A stretch of DNA of 34,210 nt from Nemertoderma westbladi (Eukaryota > Animalia > Xenacoelomorpha). This document shows, one piece after another, positions 32,844 to 34,210 of this stretch. A program made the position numbers and the translations under genes. The stretch's first letter is position 1; the number at the start of each line of letters is the position of its first letter. The stretch is taken from contig JAUCBJ010006462.1 of the NCBI GenBank assembly GCA_032718475.1, positions 1-34,210 on the forward strand, given 5' to 3'. The notes under the pieces were generated by a model, which saw nothing but the letters and a program-made list of their open reading frames with translations, did not search any database and was not told the origin of the DNA.

Positions 32844-34148
32844 ATGCTGCACTCTGTTCCTGACAGCAATGCTGTCCCTGTCAGTCAGCGACGTAATTCT
32901 TCTATTGACCAATCGGTTAGAAATAAATGTACCAGTAACGGTACTGGTAATGATAAAAGTATATCAGATTCCTCCAGTGTATCAGATATAGATATGCCTC
33001 CCACTGACACTAATACCCAGTGGGCAGAGAATAAGGTAGACGATGAGGTGGATCTTAGTGCCAGTTCTCTGGTAATCATACTTAATCCTTTCTTGTCCTT
33101 TCTCCTACAATGCACTTCTACCTGTACCTATGAGGTCGGGAGTGCAGCCTGTCTTAAACGTTTCACAGCGGAGGAGATTTGGAAGGCTAAAGTCCTTCTA
33201 TTTACGAGAGCGGAGATGGGTAGCGAGCTGAAGAATCGGCGTGACACGCCTGACCGCAGTGCGAGTGAGGCCAACGTTAAAGACTCATGGGATAAACTTC
33301 GGGAGTTGGATCGATGTGATAAGTTGCCTGTGATCGCAGTGGAGGCTCTAGATGCCTTGTCGTTGCCTTCCCTCCCTCCGACGAATAGTTCGGTCTCCAA
33401 TGATGCACGGGAAGCACTACAGTCTGCGAGTTTCTCAGTTCTAGACGATAAAATCCTTTGTTTGGATACGAATATTAAGGATCAGATGAAGGCATTGGAG
33501 ACCACCTTCATGTCAGAGTTAATTTAGGTTAGCCGTAAATTGGAAACACTGTCAGCTTCTGGGTTCGTTAGGTCCTCGGATCCGGTGGATAGGGCTTCCG
33601 CTTCAGGTACCGGTACCGGAAGTACCAGTAGGCAGACTGCTTTGGGGGGTACCGGTGACGCCCCATGTCTCGTTGATCCTCCCCCGGCGGGTCGGCCCTC
33701 GTTTAGGGACGTTGTGAATTCCACCCAATCACGTCAGTTCGCGCAGCCCGCGCAGTATCAGAGAGGTAATTATTATAGTGCAGGAAATATGTATTCCTCG
33801 AGTGTCGGAAATCGCCCCTCCGGTAGGTTGAACCCAAGTCGAGGCTATTACTCACCTCTGGCCACACCCAATAGATCTCCGGCAACATCGTTTGGGGTTA
33901 GGGGAAGTGCGAAACGCCCACGTCCGAATTCCAATGAGGAGGAAGATCGGGAGGTGGAAGAAGTTGCGGATGGAGGCGGTCAGTGGAGAACGCAACCCCC
34001 ACGTCGACAACGTAAACCGATGGTAAACCGTTCGAATAAGTTGGAGGCAGTGTTGAACCCCGCAACATCAGGTGTGTGTGTTCGAGAGTGGACCTACCGT
34101 AGTGCTGGGTTTCGTGCTCCCGATGGGCAACGGGGGTCCAACCGGTAA
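32844..34148 (+). pseudogene. ORF1 of a CR1/L2-group LINE with one in-frame stop (33525-33527)
   Basis: LNPFLSFL...C..RFTAEEIWKAKVLLF...RR...D...LP.IAV..LD..SLP, then a coiled coil, SFRDVV and GQWRTQPPRRQRK, the usual ORF1 layout. The two ORFs are in the same frame; ORF2 is not seen. Confidence 0.65.
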
Positions 34149-34210
34149 TATGCTAATTCAAATCTGTTCTAAAAACTAAATATGGCGTCACAAACTATCT
34201 CATCAAACTC

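Overview
Eukaryotic, almost certainly invertebrate DNA; the FN2 exon style resembles crustacean/copepod proteins, which is an inference. The window is a nested transposon cluster. (1) A decayed BEL/Pao LTR retrotransposon (element 1, +, 5' end outside the window, probable 3' LTR 14501-16132) has pol breaking off in early RT. It is followed by tightly packed open cargo ORFs of unknown function (9426-13196) and carries nine dispersed copies of a 20-nt hairpin motif. (2) A gag-only LTR element is inserted into element 1 pol (-, 3131-8480, 5-bp TSD ACCCG). Its two termini share only ~205 bp, and it carries a 5'-truncated CRE-like non-LTR insertion. (3) A second BEL/Pao deletion derivative (gag-pro-integrase, no RT/RNase H, 20801-26505) lies between two copies of a ~0.9-kb LTR (16327-18608 and 30236-31128). 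The first copy is interrupted by an RTE-type LINE with a 24-bp TSD, and the second copy shows the empty site. (4) Also present: further RTE 3' fragments, a piggyBac-like non-autonomous element with an internal ~163-bp tandem array, a ~192-bp tandem array, one host exon encoding a fibronectin type II domain (-), and a disrupted CR1/L2-group LINE ORF1. All family calls come from motif recognition by eye; no database search was run.
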